DNA of 64,000 nt from the human T2T-CHM13v2.0 reference genome, Homo sapiens: NCBI RefSeq assembly GCF_009914755.1, contig NC_060948.1; one strand, given 5' to 3'. The position numbers and the translations under genes are program-made. The notes beneath the pieces are model-generated. The model saw nothing but the letters and a program-made list of their open reading frames with translations. It searched no databases and had not been told where the DNA came from. Each line of letters opens with the position of its first letter. Positions within the stretch are counted from its first letter, which is position 1. Below, piece after piece: positions 12,301 to 26,468 of this stretch.

Positions 12301-15300
12301 TTCTAAAGGAATGGATTCGAAAGGCATTGAATGGAATGGAAAGGAATGCAGTGAAGTGGAGTGGAGTGGAGTGGAATGTTTTAGAGTGAACTGGGGTGGA
12401 TTGGAACTCTATGGCGGGGAGTGGAGTGAAGTGGATTGGAGTGGAATGGAGTGCAATGGACTGGAGCGGAGTGGAATGGATTGGAGTGGAGTGGAGTGGA
12501 TCGGAGTGGAGTGCTGTGGAGTGGACTAGAGTGGGGTGGAGTGGAGTGCATTGGAGTGGAATGGAACGGAGTGGGGTGGAATGGAATGGAATGGAATCAA
12601 ATCGCATGGTAATGAATCAAATGGAATCAAATCGAATGGAAATAATGGAATCGAAGGGAAACGAATGGAATCGAATTGCACTGATTCTACTGACTTCGAG
12701 GAAAATGAAATGAAATGCGGTGAAGTGGAATGGAGGGAATGTATTAGGGTGGAATGGAATTGAATGGTGTGGAGTGGAGTGGAGTGCCCAGGAGTGGAAT
12801 GGGAAGAAATGGAATTGAACGGAGTGGAGTGGAGTGGAATGGGGGATAATGGAGTGGATTAGAGTGGAGTGGAGTAGAGTGGAATGGGTTGGAGTGTAAT
12901 GCAGAGTACAGGAGTGGAGTGCGGTGGACTGGAGTGGAGTGCAGTTGAGTGGAGTGGATTGGATTGAAATAGAGCGGAGCAGAGTGGAATGGAATTGAAT
13001 CACATGGTATTGAATCAAATCGAATGGAATTAAATCGAATCAAAAAATGGAATCAAAAGCAAACGAATGGAGTCAAACCTCATTGGTTAAACTGACATCG
13101 AAAAATATCAAATGTAATGTGGTGAAGTGGAGTGGAGTGTAATGAAATGGGTTGGAATGAAATTGAATGGAGTGGAGTGGATTGGAGTCTACTGGAGTGG
13201 AATGGAACGGAATGCAAAGGAATGGAATAGAATGCAGTGAAGTGCAGTGCAGTGAAATGGAGTGGAAAGGAATGGAATGGAATGGAATGGAACGGAATCA
13301 AATGGTATCGAAGTGAATCGAATCTAATGAAATTGATCGGAAAAAATGGAATGGAGTAGAATCGAATAAGATGGATTCAAAGGCAACAAATAGAATTGAA
13401 TGGAATGAGGTGAGGTGGAGGGCATTGGAATGGAGTTGAATGGAATGGGGTATAATTGAATTGAATGGAGTGGAGTGGATTGTAGTGGACTGGAGTGGAA
13501 TGGAACGGAATGGGCAGGAATGGAATTGAAAGGGGTGAATTGGAATTGAGTGCTGTGGATTGGAGTAGACTGCATTCTAGTGGATTGGAGTGGAAAGAAG
13601 TGGAGTGGAATGGAATGGAATGCAGTGGAGTGGAGTGGAATGGAATGGAGTGGAGTAGAATGGAATTTAATGGAGTGGAGTGGAATTGAGTGGAATGGAG
13701 AGTAATGGAGTGGAGTGGACTGGAGCGAAGTGGAGTGTAGTGCATTGGACTGTAGGGGATTGAAGTGGCTTGGAGTGCAATGGAGTGGAGTGGAATGGAA
13801 TGTAATGGAATGGAATGGAATGGAGTGGAATGGAATCGAATCACATGGAACTGAATCAAATCGAATTGAATGAAATTGAAAGGAAAAAATGGAATGAAAT
13901 GGAGTCAAATCGAATGGATTCGAATGACATTGAATGGAATCGAAAGGAATGCAGTGAGGTGGAGTTGAGTGGAGTGGAGTGGAATGGAATGGGATGAATG
14001 GAATTGACTGGAGAGGAGTGGAATGGAATGGAATGGAAAGGAATGGAATTGAACGAAATGGAGTGTAGTAGAATGTAGTGGATTGGAGTAGAGTGCAGGG
14101 GAGTGCAGTGGAATGAAGAGGAGTGTAGTCGAATGGAATGGAATGGTATGGAACGTACTGGAATGGAATGGATAAGAATGGAATGGAATGGAATCGCATG
14201 GAATTGAATAGAATGAAATCGAATTGAATAGAATCAAATGGAAAAAATGGAGGCAAATGGAATCGAATGTCATAGAATCGAACGGTTTTGAATGTCAGTG
14301 AATGGAAACGAATGGAATGCGATGAAGTGGAGCGGAGTGGAGTGGAAAGGAGTGCAATGGAATAGGGTGGAACAGAATTTAATGGAACAGAGTGGATTGG
14401 AGTGGACTGGAGTGGAATGGAAAGGGAAGGAATGGGATTGAAAGGAGTGGCGTGCAGTGGAGTGGAGTGGCATGGAGTGGAGTGGAGTGGAATGGAGTGG
14501 AATGGAATGGAGTGGAATGGAGTGGATTGGAATGGAATGGAGTGCAGAGGAATGGAATGGAATAGTATAGAGTGGACAGGAATGGAGTGGAGTGGATTGG
14601 AATGGAATGGAATGTAAGGGAATGGAACTGAATGGACTGGAATGGAATGGAATAGAATGGAATCACAGGGAATCAAATTGGATTGAATCGAATCGAATGG
14701 AGAAAATGAAATCAAATGAAATTGAATGGAATCGAATTGAATGTAAACAATGGAATCCAATGGAGTCAAATGGAATCGAATCAAATGGTTTTGAATGGCA
14801 TCAAATGAAATGGCATGGAAGGCAGTGAATTGGAGTGGAGTGGAATAGAGAGGAATGAATTGGAATGGAGTGTAGTGGAATGGAGTGGATTCCAATGGAT
14901 TGGAGTGGATTGGATTGGAATGGAATGGAATAGATTGGATTGGAGTGGTGCAGAGTGGAGTGGACTGGAGTGCAGAGGAATGGAGTGGAGTGAAGTCCAG
15001 TTGAGTGGAATGGAATGGAGTGGAGCAGAGTGGAATTCAAAAGAATGAAGTGGATTGGTATGGAATGGAATGGCGTGGAATGGCGTGGAATAGAAGGGAA
15101 GGGAATCGCATGGAATGATATGAAATCAAATTGAATTGAACGGAAAATTATGAATCCAATGGAATCGAAAGGATTCTAAAGGAATGGATTCGAAAGACAT
15201 TGAATGGAATGGAAAGGAATGCAGTGAAGTGGAGTGGAGTGGAGTGGAATGTTTTAGAGTGAACTGGGGTGGATTGGAACTCTATGGCGGGGAGTGGAGT

Positions 15301-18300
15301 GAAGTGGATTGGAGTGGAATGGATTGCAATGGACTGGAGTGGAGTGGAATGGATTGGAGTGGAGTGGAGTGGATCGGAGTGGAGTGCTGTGGAGTGGACT
15401 AGAGTGGGGTGGAGTGGAGTGCATTGGAGTGGAATGGAACGGAGTGGGGTGGAATGGAATGGAATGGAATCAAATCGCATGGTAATGAATCAAATGGAAT
15501 CAAATCGAATGGAAATAATGGAATCGAAGGGAAACGAATGGAATCGAATTGCACTGATTCTACTGACTTCGAGGAAAATGAAATGAAATGCGGTGAAGTG
15601 GAATGGAGGGAATGTATTAGGGTGGAATGGAATTGAATGGTGTGGAGTGGAGTGGAGTGCCCAGGAGTGTAATGGGAAGAAATGTAATTGAACGGAGTGG
15701 AGTGGAGTGGAATGGGGGATAATGGAGTGGATTAGAGTGGAGTGGAGTAGAGTGGAATGGGTTGGAGTGTAATGCAGAGTACAGGAGTGGAGTGCGGTGG
15801 ACTGGAGTGGAGTGGAGTTGAGTGGAGTGGATTGGATTGAAATAGAGCGGAGCAGAGTGGAATGGAATTGAATCACATGGTATTGAATCAAATCGAATGG
15901 AATTAAATCGAATCAAAAAATGGAATCAAAAGCAAACGAATGGAGTCAAACCTCATTGGTTAAACTGACATCGAAAAATATCAAATGTAATGTGGTGAAG
16001 TGGAGTGGAGTGTAATGAAATGGGTTGGAATGAAATTGAATGGAGTGGAGTGGATTGGAGTCTACTGGAGTGGAATGGAACGGAATGCAAAGGAATGGAA
16101 TAGAATGCAGTGAAGTGCAGTGCAGTGAAATGGAGTGGAAAGGAATGGAATGGAATGGAATGGAACGGAATCAAATGGTATCGAAGTGAATCGAATCTAA
16201 TGAAATTGATCGGAAAAAATGGAATGGAGTAGAATCGAATAAGATGGATTCAAAGGCAACAAATAGAATTGAATGGAATGAGGTGAGGTGGAGGGCATTG
16301 GAATGGAGTTGAATGGAATGGGGTATAATTGAATTGAATGGAGTGGAGTGGATTGTAGTGGACTGGAGTGGAATGGAACGGAATGGGCAGGAATGGAATT
16401 GAAAGGGGTGAATTGGAATTGAGTGCTGTGGATTGGAGTAGACTGCATTCTAGTGGATTGGAGTGGAAAGAAGTGGAGTGGAATGGAATGGAATGCAGTG
16501 GAGTGGAGTGGAATGGAATGGAGTGGAGTAGAATGGAATTTAATGGAGTGGAGTGGAATTGAGTGGAATGGAGAGTAATGGAGTGGAGTGGACTGGAGCG
16601 AAGTGGAGTGTAGTGCATTGGACTGTAGGGGATTGAAGTGGCTTGGAGTGCAATGGAGTGGAGTGGAATGGAATGTAATGGAATGGAATGGAATGGAGTG
16701 GAATGGAATCGAATCACATGGAACTGAATCAAATCGAATTGAATGAAATTGAATGGAAAAAATGGAATGAAATGGAATCAAATCGAATGGATTCGAATGA
16801 CATTGAATGGAATCGAAAGGAATGCAGTGAGGTGGAGTTGAGTGGAGTGGAGTGGAATGGAATGGGATGGATGGAATTGACTGGAGAGGAGTGGAATGGA
16901 ATGGAATGGAAAGGAATGGAATTGAACGAAATGGAGTGTAGTAGAATGTAGTGGATTGGAGTGGAGTGCAGGGGAGTGCAGTGGAATGAAGAGGAGTGTA
17001 GTCGAATGGAATGGAATGGTATGGAACGTACTGGAATGGAATGGATAAGAATGGAATGGAATGGAATCGCATGGAATTGAATAGAATGAAATCGAATTGA
17101 ATAGAATCAAATGGAAAAAATGGAGGCAAATGGAATCGAATGTCATAGAATCGAACGGTTTTGAATGTCAGTGAATGGAAACGAATGGAATGCGATGAAG
17201 TGGAGCGGAGTGGAGTGGAAAGGAGTGCAATGGAATAGGGTGGAACAGAATTTAATGGAACAGAGTGGATTGGAGTGGACTGGAGTGGAATGGAAAGGGA
17301 AGGAATGGGATTGAAAGGAGTGGCGTGCAGTGGAGTGGAGTGGCATGGAGTGGAGTGGAGTGGAATGGAGTGGAATGGAATGGAGTGGAATGGAGTGGAT
17401 TGGAATGGAATGGAGTGCAGAGGAATGGAATGGAATAGTATAGAGTGGACAGGAATGGAGTGGAGTGGATTGGAATGGAATGGAATGTAAGGGAATGGAA
17501 CTGAATGGACTGGAATGGAATGGAATAGAATGGAATCGCAGGGAATCAAATTGGATTGAATCGAATCGAATGGAGAAAATGAAATCAAATGAAATTGAAT
17601 GGAATCGAATTGAATGTAAACAATGGAATCCAATGGAGTCAAATGGAATCGAATCAAATGGTTTTGAATGGCATCAAATGAAATGGCATGGAAGGCAGTG
17701 AATTGGAGTGGAGTGGAATAGAGAGGAATGAATTGGAATGGAGTGTAGTGGAATGGAGTGGATTCCAATGGATTGGAGTGGATTGGATTGGAATGGAATG
17801 GAATAGATTGGATTGGAGTGGTGCAGAGTGGAGTGGACTGGAGTGCAGAGGAATGGAGTGGAGTGAAGTCCAGTTGAGTGGAATGGAATGGAGTGGAGCA
17901 GAGTGGAATTCAAAAGAATGAAGTGGATTGGTATGGAATGGAATGGCGTGGAATGGCGTGGAATAGAAGGGAAGGGAATCGCATGGAATGATATGAAATC
18001 AAATTGAATTGAACGGAAAATTATGAATCCAATGGAATCGAAAGGATTCTAAAGGAATGGATTCGAAAGACATTGAATGGAATGGAAAGGAATGCAGTGA
18101 AGTGGAGTGGAGTGGAGTGGAATGTTTTAGAGTGAACTGGGGTGGATTGGAACTCTATGGCGGGGAGTGGAGTGAAGTGGATTGGAGTGGAATGGAGTGC
18201 AATGGACTGGAGTGGAGTGGAATGGATTGGAGTGGAGTGGAGTGGATCGGAGTGGAGTGCTGTGGAGTGGACTAGAGTGGGGTGGAGTGGAGTGCATTGG

Positions 18301-21300
18301 AATGGAATGGAACGGAGTGGGGTGGAATGGAATGGAATGGAATCAAATCGCATGGTAATGAATCAAATGGAATCAAATCGAATGGAAAAAATGGAATTGA
18401 AGGGAAACGAATGGAATCGAATTGCACTGATTCTACTGACTTCGAGGAAAATGAAATGAAATGCGGTGAAGTGGAATGGAGGGAATGTATTAGGGTGGAA
18501 TGGAATTGAATGGTGTGGAGTGGAGTGGAGTGCCCAGGAGTGGAATGGGAAGAAATGTAATTGAACGGAGTGGAGTGGAGTGGAATGGGGGATAATGGAG
18601 TGGATTAGAGTGGACTGGAGTAGAGTGGAATGGGTTGGAGTGTAATGCAGAGTACAGGAGTGGAGTGCGGTGGACTGGAGTGCAGTGGAGTTGAGTGGAG
18701 TGGATTGGATTGAAATAGAGCGGAGCAGAGTGGAATGGAATTGAATCACATGGTATTGAATCAAATCGAATGGAATTAAATCGAATCAAAAAATGGAATC
18801 AAAAGCAAACGAATGGAGTCAAACCTCATTGGTTAAACTGACATCGAAAAATATCAAATGTAATGTGGTGAAGTGGAGTGGAGTGTAATGAAATGGGTTG
18901 GAATGAAATTGAATGGAGTGGAGTGGATTGGAGTCTACTGGAGTGGAATGGAACGGAATGCAAAGGAATGGAATAGAATGCAGTGAAGTGCAGTGCAGTG
19001 AAATGGAGTGGAAAGGAATGGAATGGAATGGAATGGAACGGAATCAAATGGTATCGAAGTGAATCGAATCTAATGAAATTGATCGGAAAAAATGGAATGG
19101 AGTAGAATCGAATAAGATGGATTCAAAGGCAACAAATAGAATTGAATGGAATGAGGTGAGGTGGAGGGCATTGGAATGGAGTTGAATGGAATGGGGTATA
19201 ATTGAATTGAATGGAGTGGAGTGGATTGTAGTGGACTGGAGTGGAATGGAACGGAATGGGCAGGAATGGAATTGAAAGGGGTGAATTGGAATTGAGTGCT
19301 GTGGATTGGAGTAGACTGCATTCTAGTGGATTGGAGTGGAAAGAAGTGGAGTGGAATGGAATGGAATGCAATGGAGTGGAGTGGAATGGAATGGAGTGGA
19401 GTAGAATGGAATTTAATGGAGTGGAGTGGAATTGAGTGGAATGGAGAGTAATGGAGTGGAGTGGACTGGAGCGAAGTGGAGTGTAGTGCATTGGACTGTA
19501 GGGGATTGAAGTGGCTTGGAGTGCAATGGAGTGGAGTGGAATGGAATGTAATGGAATGGAATGGAATGGAGTGGAATGGAGTGGAATGGAATCGAATCAC
19601 ATGGAACTGAATCAAATCGAATTGAATGAAATTGAATGGAAAAAATGGAATGAAATGGAATCAAATCGAGTGGATTCGAATGACATTGAATGGAATCGAA
19701 AGGAATGCAGTGAGGTGGAGTTGAGTGGAGTGGAGTGGAATGGAATGGGATGAATGGAATTGACTGGAGAGGAGTGGAATGGAATGGAATGGAAAGGAAT
19801 GGAATTGAACGAAATGGAGTGTAGTAGAATGTAGTGGATTGGAGTGGAGTGCAGGGGAGTGCAGTGGAATGAAGAGGAGTGTAGTCGAATGGAATGGAAT
19901 GGTATGGAACGTACTGGAATGGAATGGATAAGAATGGAATGGAATGGAATCGCATGGAATTGAATAGAATGAAATCGAATTGAATAGAATCAAATGGAAA
20001 AAATGGAGGCAAATGGAATCGAATGTCATAGAATCGAACGGTTTTGAATGTCAGTGAATGGAAACGAATGGAATGCGATGAAGTGGAGCGGAGTGGAGTG
20101 GAAAGGAGTGCAATGGAATAGGGTGGAACAGAATTTAATGGAACAGAGTGGATTGGAGTGGACTGGAGTGGAATGGAAAGGGAAGGAATGGGATTGAAAG
20201 GAGTGGCGTGCAGTGGAGTGGAGTGGCATGGAGTGGAGTGGAGTGGAATGGAGTGGAATGGAATGGAGTGGAATGGAGTGGATTGGAATGGAATGGAGTG
20301 CAGAGGAATGGAATGGAATAGTATAGAGTGGACAGGAATGGAGTGGAGTGGATTGGAATGGAATGGAATGTAAGGGAATGGAACTGAATGGACTGGAATG
20401 GAATGGAATAGAATGGAATCGCAGGGAATCAAATTGGATTGAATCGAATCGAATGGAGAAAATGAAATCAAATGAAATTGAATGGAATCGAATTGAATGT
20501 AAACAATGGAATCCAATGGAGTCAAATGGAATCGAATCAAATGGTTTTGAATGGCATCAAATGAAATGGCATGGAAGGCAGTGAATTGGAGTGGAGTGGA
20601 ATAGAGAGGAATGAATTGGAATGGAGTGTAGTGGAATGGAGTGGATTCCAATGGATTGGAGTGGATTGGATTGGAATGGAATGGAATAGATTGGATTGGA
20701 GTGGTGCAGAGTGGAGTGGACTGGAGTGCAGAGGAATGGAGTGGAGTGAAGTCCAGTTGAGTGGAATGGAATGGAGTGGAGCAGAGTGGAATTCAAAAGA
20801 ATGAAGTGGATTGGTATGGAATGGAATGGCGTGGAATGGCGTGGAATAGAAGGGAAGGGAATCGCATGGAATGATATGAAATCAAATTGAATTGAACGGA
20901 AAATTATGAATCCAATGGAATCGAAAGGATTCTAAAGGAATGGATTCGAAAGACATTGAATGGAATGGAAAGGAATGCAGTGAAGTGGAGTGGAGTGGAG
21001 TGGAATGTTTTAGAGTGAACTGGGGTGGATTGGAACTCTATGGCGGGGAGTGGAGTGAAGTGGATTGGAGTGGAATGGAGTGCAATGGACTGGAGTGGAG
21101 TGGAATGGATTGGAGTGGAGTGGAGTGGATCGGAGTGGAGTGCTGTGGAGTGGACTAGAGTGGGGTGGAGTGGAGTGCATTGGAGTGGAATGGAACGGAG
21201 TGGGGTGGAATGGAATGGAATGGAATCAAATCGCATGGTAATGAATCAAATGGAATCAAATCGAATGGAAATAATGGAATCGAAGGGAAACGAATGGAAT

Positions 21301-24300
21301 CGAATTGCACTGATTCTACTGACTTCGAGGAAAATGAAATGAAATGCGGTGAAGTGGAATGGAGGGAATGTATTAGGGTGGAATGGAATTGAATGGTGTG
21401 GAGTGGAGTGGAGTGCCCAGGAGTGGAATGGGAAGAAATGGAATTGAACGGAGTGGAGTGGAGTGGAATGGGAGATAATGGAGTGGATTAGAGTGGAGTG
21501 GAGTAGAGTGGAATGGGTTGGAGTGTAATGCAGAGTACAGGAGTGGAGTGCGGTGGACTGGAGTGGAGTGCAGTTGAGTGGAGTGGATTGGATTGAAATA
21601 GAGCGGAGCAGAGTGGAATGGAATTGAATCACATGGTATTGAATCAAATCGAATGGAATTAAATCGAATCAAAAAATGGAATCAAAAGCAAACGAATGGA
21701 GTCAAACCTCATTGGTTAAACTGACATCGAAAAATATCAAATGTAATGTGGTGAAGTGGAGTGGAGTGTAATGAAATGGGGTGGAATGAAATTGAATGGA
21801 GTGGAGTGGATTGGAGTCTACTGGAGTGGAATGGAACGGAATGCAAAGGAATGGAATAGAATGCAGTGAAGTGCAGTGCAGTGAAATGGAGTGGAAAGGA
21901 ATGGAATGGAATGGAATGGAACGGAATCAAATGGTATCGAAGTGAATCGAATCTAATGAAATTGATCGGAAAAAATGGAATGGAGTAGAATCGAATAAGA
22001 TGGATTCAAAGGCAACAAATAGAATTGAATGGAATGCGGTGAGGTGGAGGGCATTGGAATGGAGTTGAATGGAATGGGGTATAATTGAATTGAATGGAGT
22101 GGAGTGGATTGTAGTGGACTGGAGTGGAATGGAACGGAATGGGCAGGAATGGAATTGAAAGGGGTGAATTGGAATTGAGTGCTGTGGATTGGAGTAGACT
22201 GCATTCTAGTGGATTGGAGTGGAAAGAAGTGGAGTGGAATGGAATGGAATGCAATGGAGTGGAGTGGAATGGAATGGAGTGGAGTAGAATGGAATTTAAT
22301 GGAGTGGAGTGGAATTGAGTGGAATGGAGAGTAATGGAGTGGAGTGGACTGGAGCGAAGTGGAGTGTAGTGCATTGGACTGTAGGGGATTGAAGTGGCTT
22401 GGAGTGCAATGGAGTGGAGTGGAATGGAATGTAATGGAATGGAATGGAATGGAGTGGAATGGAATCGAATCACATGGAACTGAATCAAATCGAATTGAAT
22501 GAAATTGAATGGAAAAAATGGAATGAAATGGAATCAAATCGAATGGATTCGAATGACATTGAATGGAATCGAAAGGAATGCAGTGAGGTGGAGTTGAGTG
22601 GAGTGGAGTGGAATGGAATGGGATGAATGGAATTGACTGGAGAGGAGTGGAATGGAATGGAATGGAAAGGAATGGAATTGAACGAAATGGAGTGTAGTAG
22701 AATGTAGTGGATTGGAGTGGAGTGCAGGGGAGTGCAGTGGAATGAAGAGGAGTGTAGTTGAATGGAATGGAATGGTATGGAACGTACTGGAATGGAATGG
22801 ATAAGAATGGAATGGAATGGAATCGCATGGAATTGAATAGAATGAAATCGAATTGAATAGAATCAAATGGAAAAAATGGAGGCAAATGGAATCGAATGTC
22901 ATAGAATCGAACGGTTTTGAATGTCAGTGAATGGAAACGAATGGAATGCGATGAAGTGGAGCGGAGTGGAGTGGAAAGGAGTGCAATGGAATAGGGTGGA
23001 ACAGAATTTAATGGAACAGAGTGGATTGGAGTGGACTGGAGTGGAATGGAAAGGGAAGGAATGGGATTGAAAGGAGTGGCGTGCAGTGGAGTGGAGTGGC
23101 ATGGAGTGGAGTGGAGTGGAATGGAGTGGAATGGAATGGAGTGGAATGGAGTGGATTGGAATGGAATGGAGTGCAGAGGAATGGAATGGAATAGTATAGA
23201 GTGGACAGGAATGGAGTGGAGTGGATTGGAATGGAATGGAATGTAAGGGAATGGAACTGAATGGACTGGAATGGAATGGAATAGAATGGAATCGCAGGGA
23301 GTCAAATTGGATTGAATCGAATCGAATGGAGAAAATGAAATCAAATGAAATTGAATGGAATCGAATTGAATGTAAACAATGGAATCCAATGGAGTCAAAT
23401 GGAATCGAATCAAATGGTTTTGAATGGCATCAAATGAAATGGCATGGAAGGCAGTGAATTGGAGTGGAGTGGAATAGAGAGGAATGAATTGGAATGGAGT
23501 GTAGTGGAATGGAGTGGATTCCAATGGATTGGAGTGGATTGGATTGGAATGGAATGGAATAGATTGGATTGGAGTGGTGCAGAGTGGAGTGGACTGGAGT
23601 GCAGAGGAATGGAGTGGAGTGAAGTCCAGTTGAGTGGAATGGAATGGAGTGGAGCAGAGTGGAATTCAAAAGAATGAAGTGGATTGGTATGGAATGGAAT
23701 GGTGTGGAATGGCGTGGAATAGAATGGAATGGAATCGCATGGAATGATATGAAATCAAATCGAATTGAACGGAAAATTATGAATCCAATGGAATCGAAAG
23801 GATTCTAAAGGAATGGATTCGAAAGGCATTGAATGGAATGGAAAGGAATGCAGTGAAGTGGAGTGGAGTGGAGTGGAATGTTTTAGAGTGAACTGGGGTG
23901 GATTGGAACTCTATGGCGGGGAGTGGAGTGAAGTGGATTGGAGTGGAATGGAGTGCAATGGACTGGAGTGGAGTGGAATGGATTGGAGTGGAGTGGAGTG
24001 GATCGGAGTGGAGTGCTGTGGAGTGGACTAGAGTGGGGTGGAGTGGAGTGCATTGGAGTGGAATGGAACGGAGTGGGGTGGAATGGAATGGAATGGAATC
24101 AAATCGCATGGTAATGAATCAAATGGAATCAAATCGAATGGAAATAATGGTATCGAAGGGAAACGAATGGAATCGAATTGTACTGATGCTACTGACTTCG
24201 AGGAAAATGAAATGAAATGCGGTGAAGTGGAATGGAGGGAATGTATTAGGGTGGAATGGAATTGAATGGTGTGGAGTGGAGTGGAGTGCCCAGGAGTGGA

Positions 24301-26451
24301 ATGGGAAGAAATGGAATTGAACGGAGTGGAGTGGAGTGGAATGGGGGATAATGGAGTGGAGTAGAGTGGAGTGGAGTAGAGTGGAATGGGTTGGAGTGTA
24401 ATGCAGAGTACAGGAGTGGAGTGCGGTGGACTGGAGTGGAGTGGAGTTGAGTGGAGTGGATTGGATTGAAATAGAGCGGAGCAGAGTGGAATGGAATTGA
24501 ATCACATGGTATTGAATCAAATCGAATGGAATTAAATCGAATGAAAAAATGGAATCAAAAGCAAACGAATGGAGTCAAACCTCATTGGTTAAACTGACAT
24601 CGAAAAATATCAAATGAAATGTGGTGAAGTGGAGTGGAGTGTAATGAAATGGGGTGGAATGAAATTGAATGGAGTGGAGTGGATTGGAGTCTACTGGAGT
24701 GGAATGGAACGGAATGCAAAGGAATGGAATAGAATGCAGTGAAGTGCAGTGCAGTGAAGTGGAGTGGAAAGGAATGGAATGGAATGGAATGGAATGGAAT
24801 GGAATGGAACGGAATGAAATGGTATCGAAGTGAATCGAATCTAATGAAATTGATCGGAAAAAATGGAATGGAGTAGAATCGAATAAGATGGATTCAAAGG
24901 CAACAAATAGAATTGAATGGAATGCGGTGAGGTGGAGGGCATTGGAATGGAGTTGAATGGAATGGGGTATAATTGAATTGAATGGAGTGGAGTGGATTGT
25001 AGTGGACTGGAGTGGAATGGAACGGAATGGGCAGGAATGGAATTGAAAGGGGTGAATTGGAATTGAGTGCTGTGGATTGGAGTAGACTGCATTCTAGTGG
25101 ATTGGAGTGGAAAGAAGTGGAGTGGAATGGAATGGAATGCAATGGAGTGGAGTGGAATGGAATGGAGTGGAGTAGAATGGAATTTAATGGAGTGGAGTGG
25201 AATTGAGTGGAATGGAGAGTAATGGAGTGGAGTGGACTGGAGCGAAGTGGAGTGTAGTGCATTGGACTGTAGGGGATTGAAGTGGCTTGGAGTGCAATGG
25301 AGAGGAGTGGAATGTAATGTAATGGAATGGAATGGAATGGAGTGGAATGGAATCGAATCACATGGAACTGAATCAAATCGAATTGAATGAAATTGAATGG
25401 AAAAAATGGAATGAAATGGAATCAAATCGAATGGATTCGAATGACATTGAATGGAATCGAAAGGAATGCAGTGAGGTGGAGTTGAGTGGAGTGGAGTGGA
25501 ATGGAATGGGATGAATGGAATTGACTGGAGAGGAGTGGAATGGAATGGAATGGAAAGGAATGGAATTGAACGAAATGGAGTGTAGTAGAATGTAGTGGAT
25601 TGGAGTGGAGTGCAGGGGAGTGCAGTGGAATGAAGAGGAGTGTAGTCGAATGGAATGGAATGGTATGGAACGTACTGGAATGGAATGGATAAGAATGGAA
25701 TGGAATGGAATCGCATGGAATTGAATAGAATGAAATCGAATTGAATAGAATCAAATGGAAAAAATGGAGGCAAATGGAATCGAATGTCATAGAATCGAAC
25801 GGTTTTGAATGTCAGTGAATGGAAACGAATGGAATGCGATGAAGTGGAGCGGAGTGGAGTGGAAAGGAGTGCAATGGAATAGGGTGGAACAGAATTTAAT
25901 GGAACAGAGTGGATTGGAGTGGACTGGAGTGGAATGGAAAGGGAAGGAATGGGATTGAAAGGAGTGGCGTGCAGTGGAGTGGAGTGGCATGGAGTGGAGT
26001 GGAGTGGAATGGAGTGGAATGGAATGGAGTGGAATGGAGTGGATTGGAATGGAATGGAGTGCAGAGGAATGGAATGGAATGGTATAGAGTGGACAGGAAT
26101 GGAGTGGAGTGGATTGGAATGGAATGGAATGTAAGGGAATGGAACTGAATGGACTGGAATGGAATGGAATAGAATGGAATCGCAGGGAATCAAATTGGAT
26201 TGAATCGAATCGAATGGAGAAAATGAAATCAAATGAAATTGAATGGAATCGAATTGAATGTAAACAATGGAATCCAATGGAGTCAAATGGAATCGAATCA
26301 AATGGTTTTGAATGGCATCAAATGAAATGGCATGGAAGGCAGTGAATTGGAGTGGAGTGGAATAGAGAGGAATGAATTGGAATGGAGTGGAGTGGAATGG
26401 AGTGGATTCCAATGGATTGGAGTGGATTGGATTGGAATGGAATGGAATAGA

Positions 26452-26468
26452 TTGGATTGGAGTGGTGT
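26452..26468. other. Junction between family A and family B units
   Basis: The last A-diagnostic base is T26452 (ATAGATTGG; B has ATAGACTGG). The first consistently B-diagnostic base is T26468 (GGTGTAGAGTGCAG; A has GGTGCAGAGTGGAG). Confidence 0.8.

Larger units (their letters stand above)
1..26460 (+). repeat. Higher-order repeat family A: about 9.2 tandem copies of a ~2.87 kb unit (7 internal monomers)
   Basis: The anchor GTGGACTGGAGTGGAATGGAAAGGGAA recurs at 28, 2911, 5778, 8676, 11549, 14402, 17275, 20158, 23031, 25919 (periods 2883, 2867, 2898, 2873, 2853, 2873, 2883, 2873, 2888). Landmarks seen once per unit include GAACTCTATGGCGGG, GACTTCGAGGAAAA, AAACCTCATTGGTTAAACTGAC and GTAGACTGCATTCTAGTGG. 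Confidence 0.95.
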
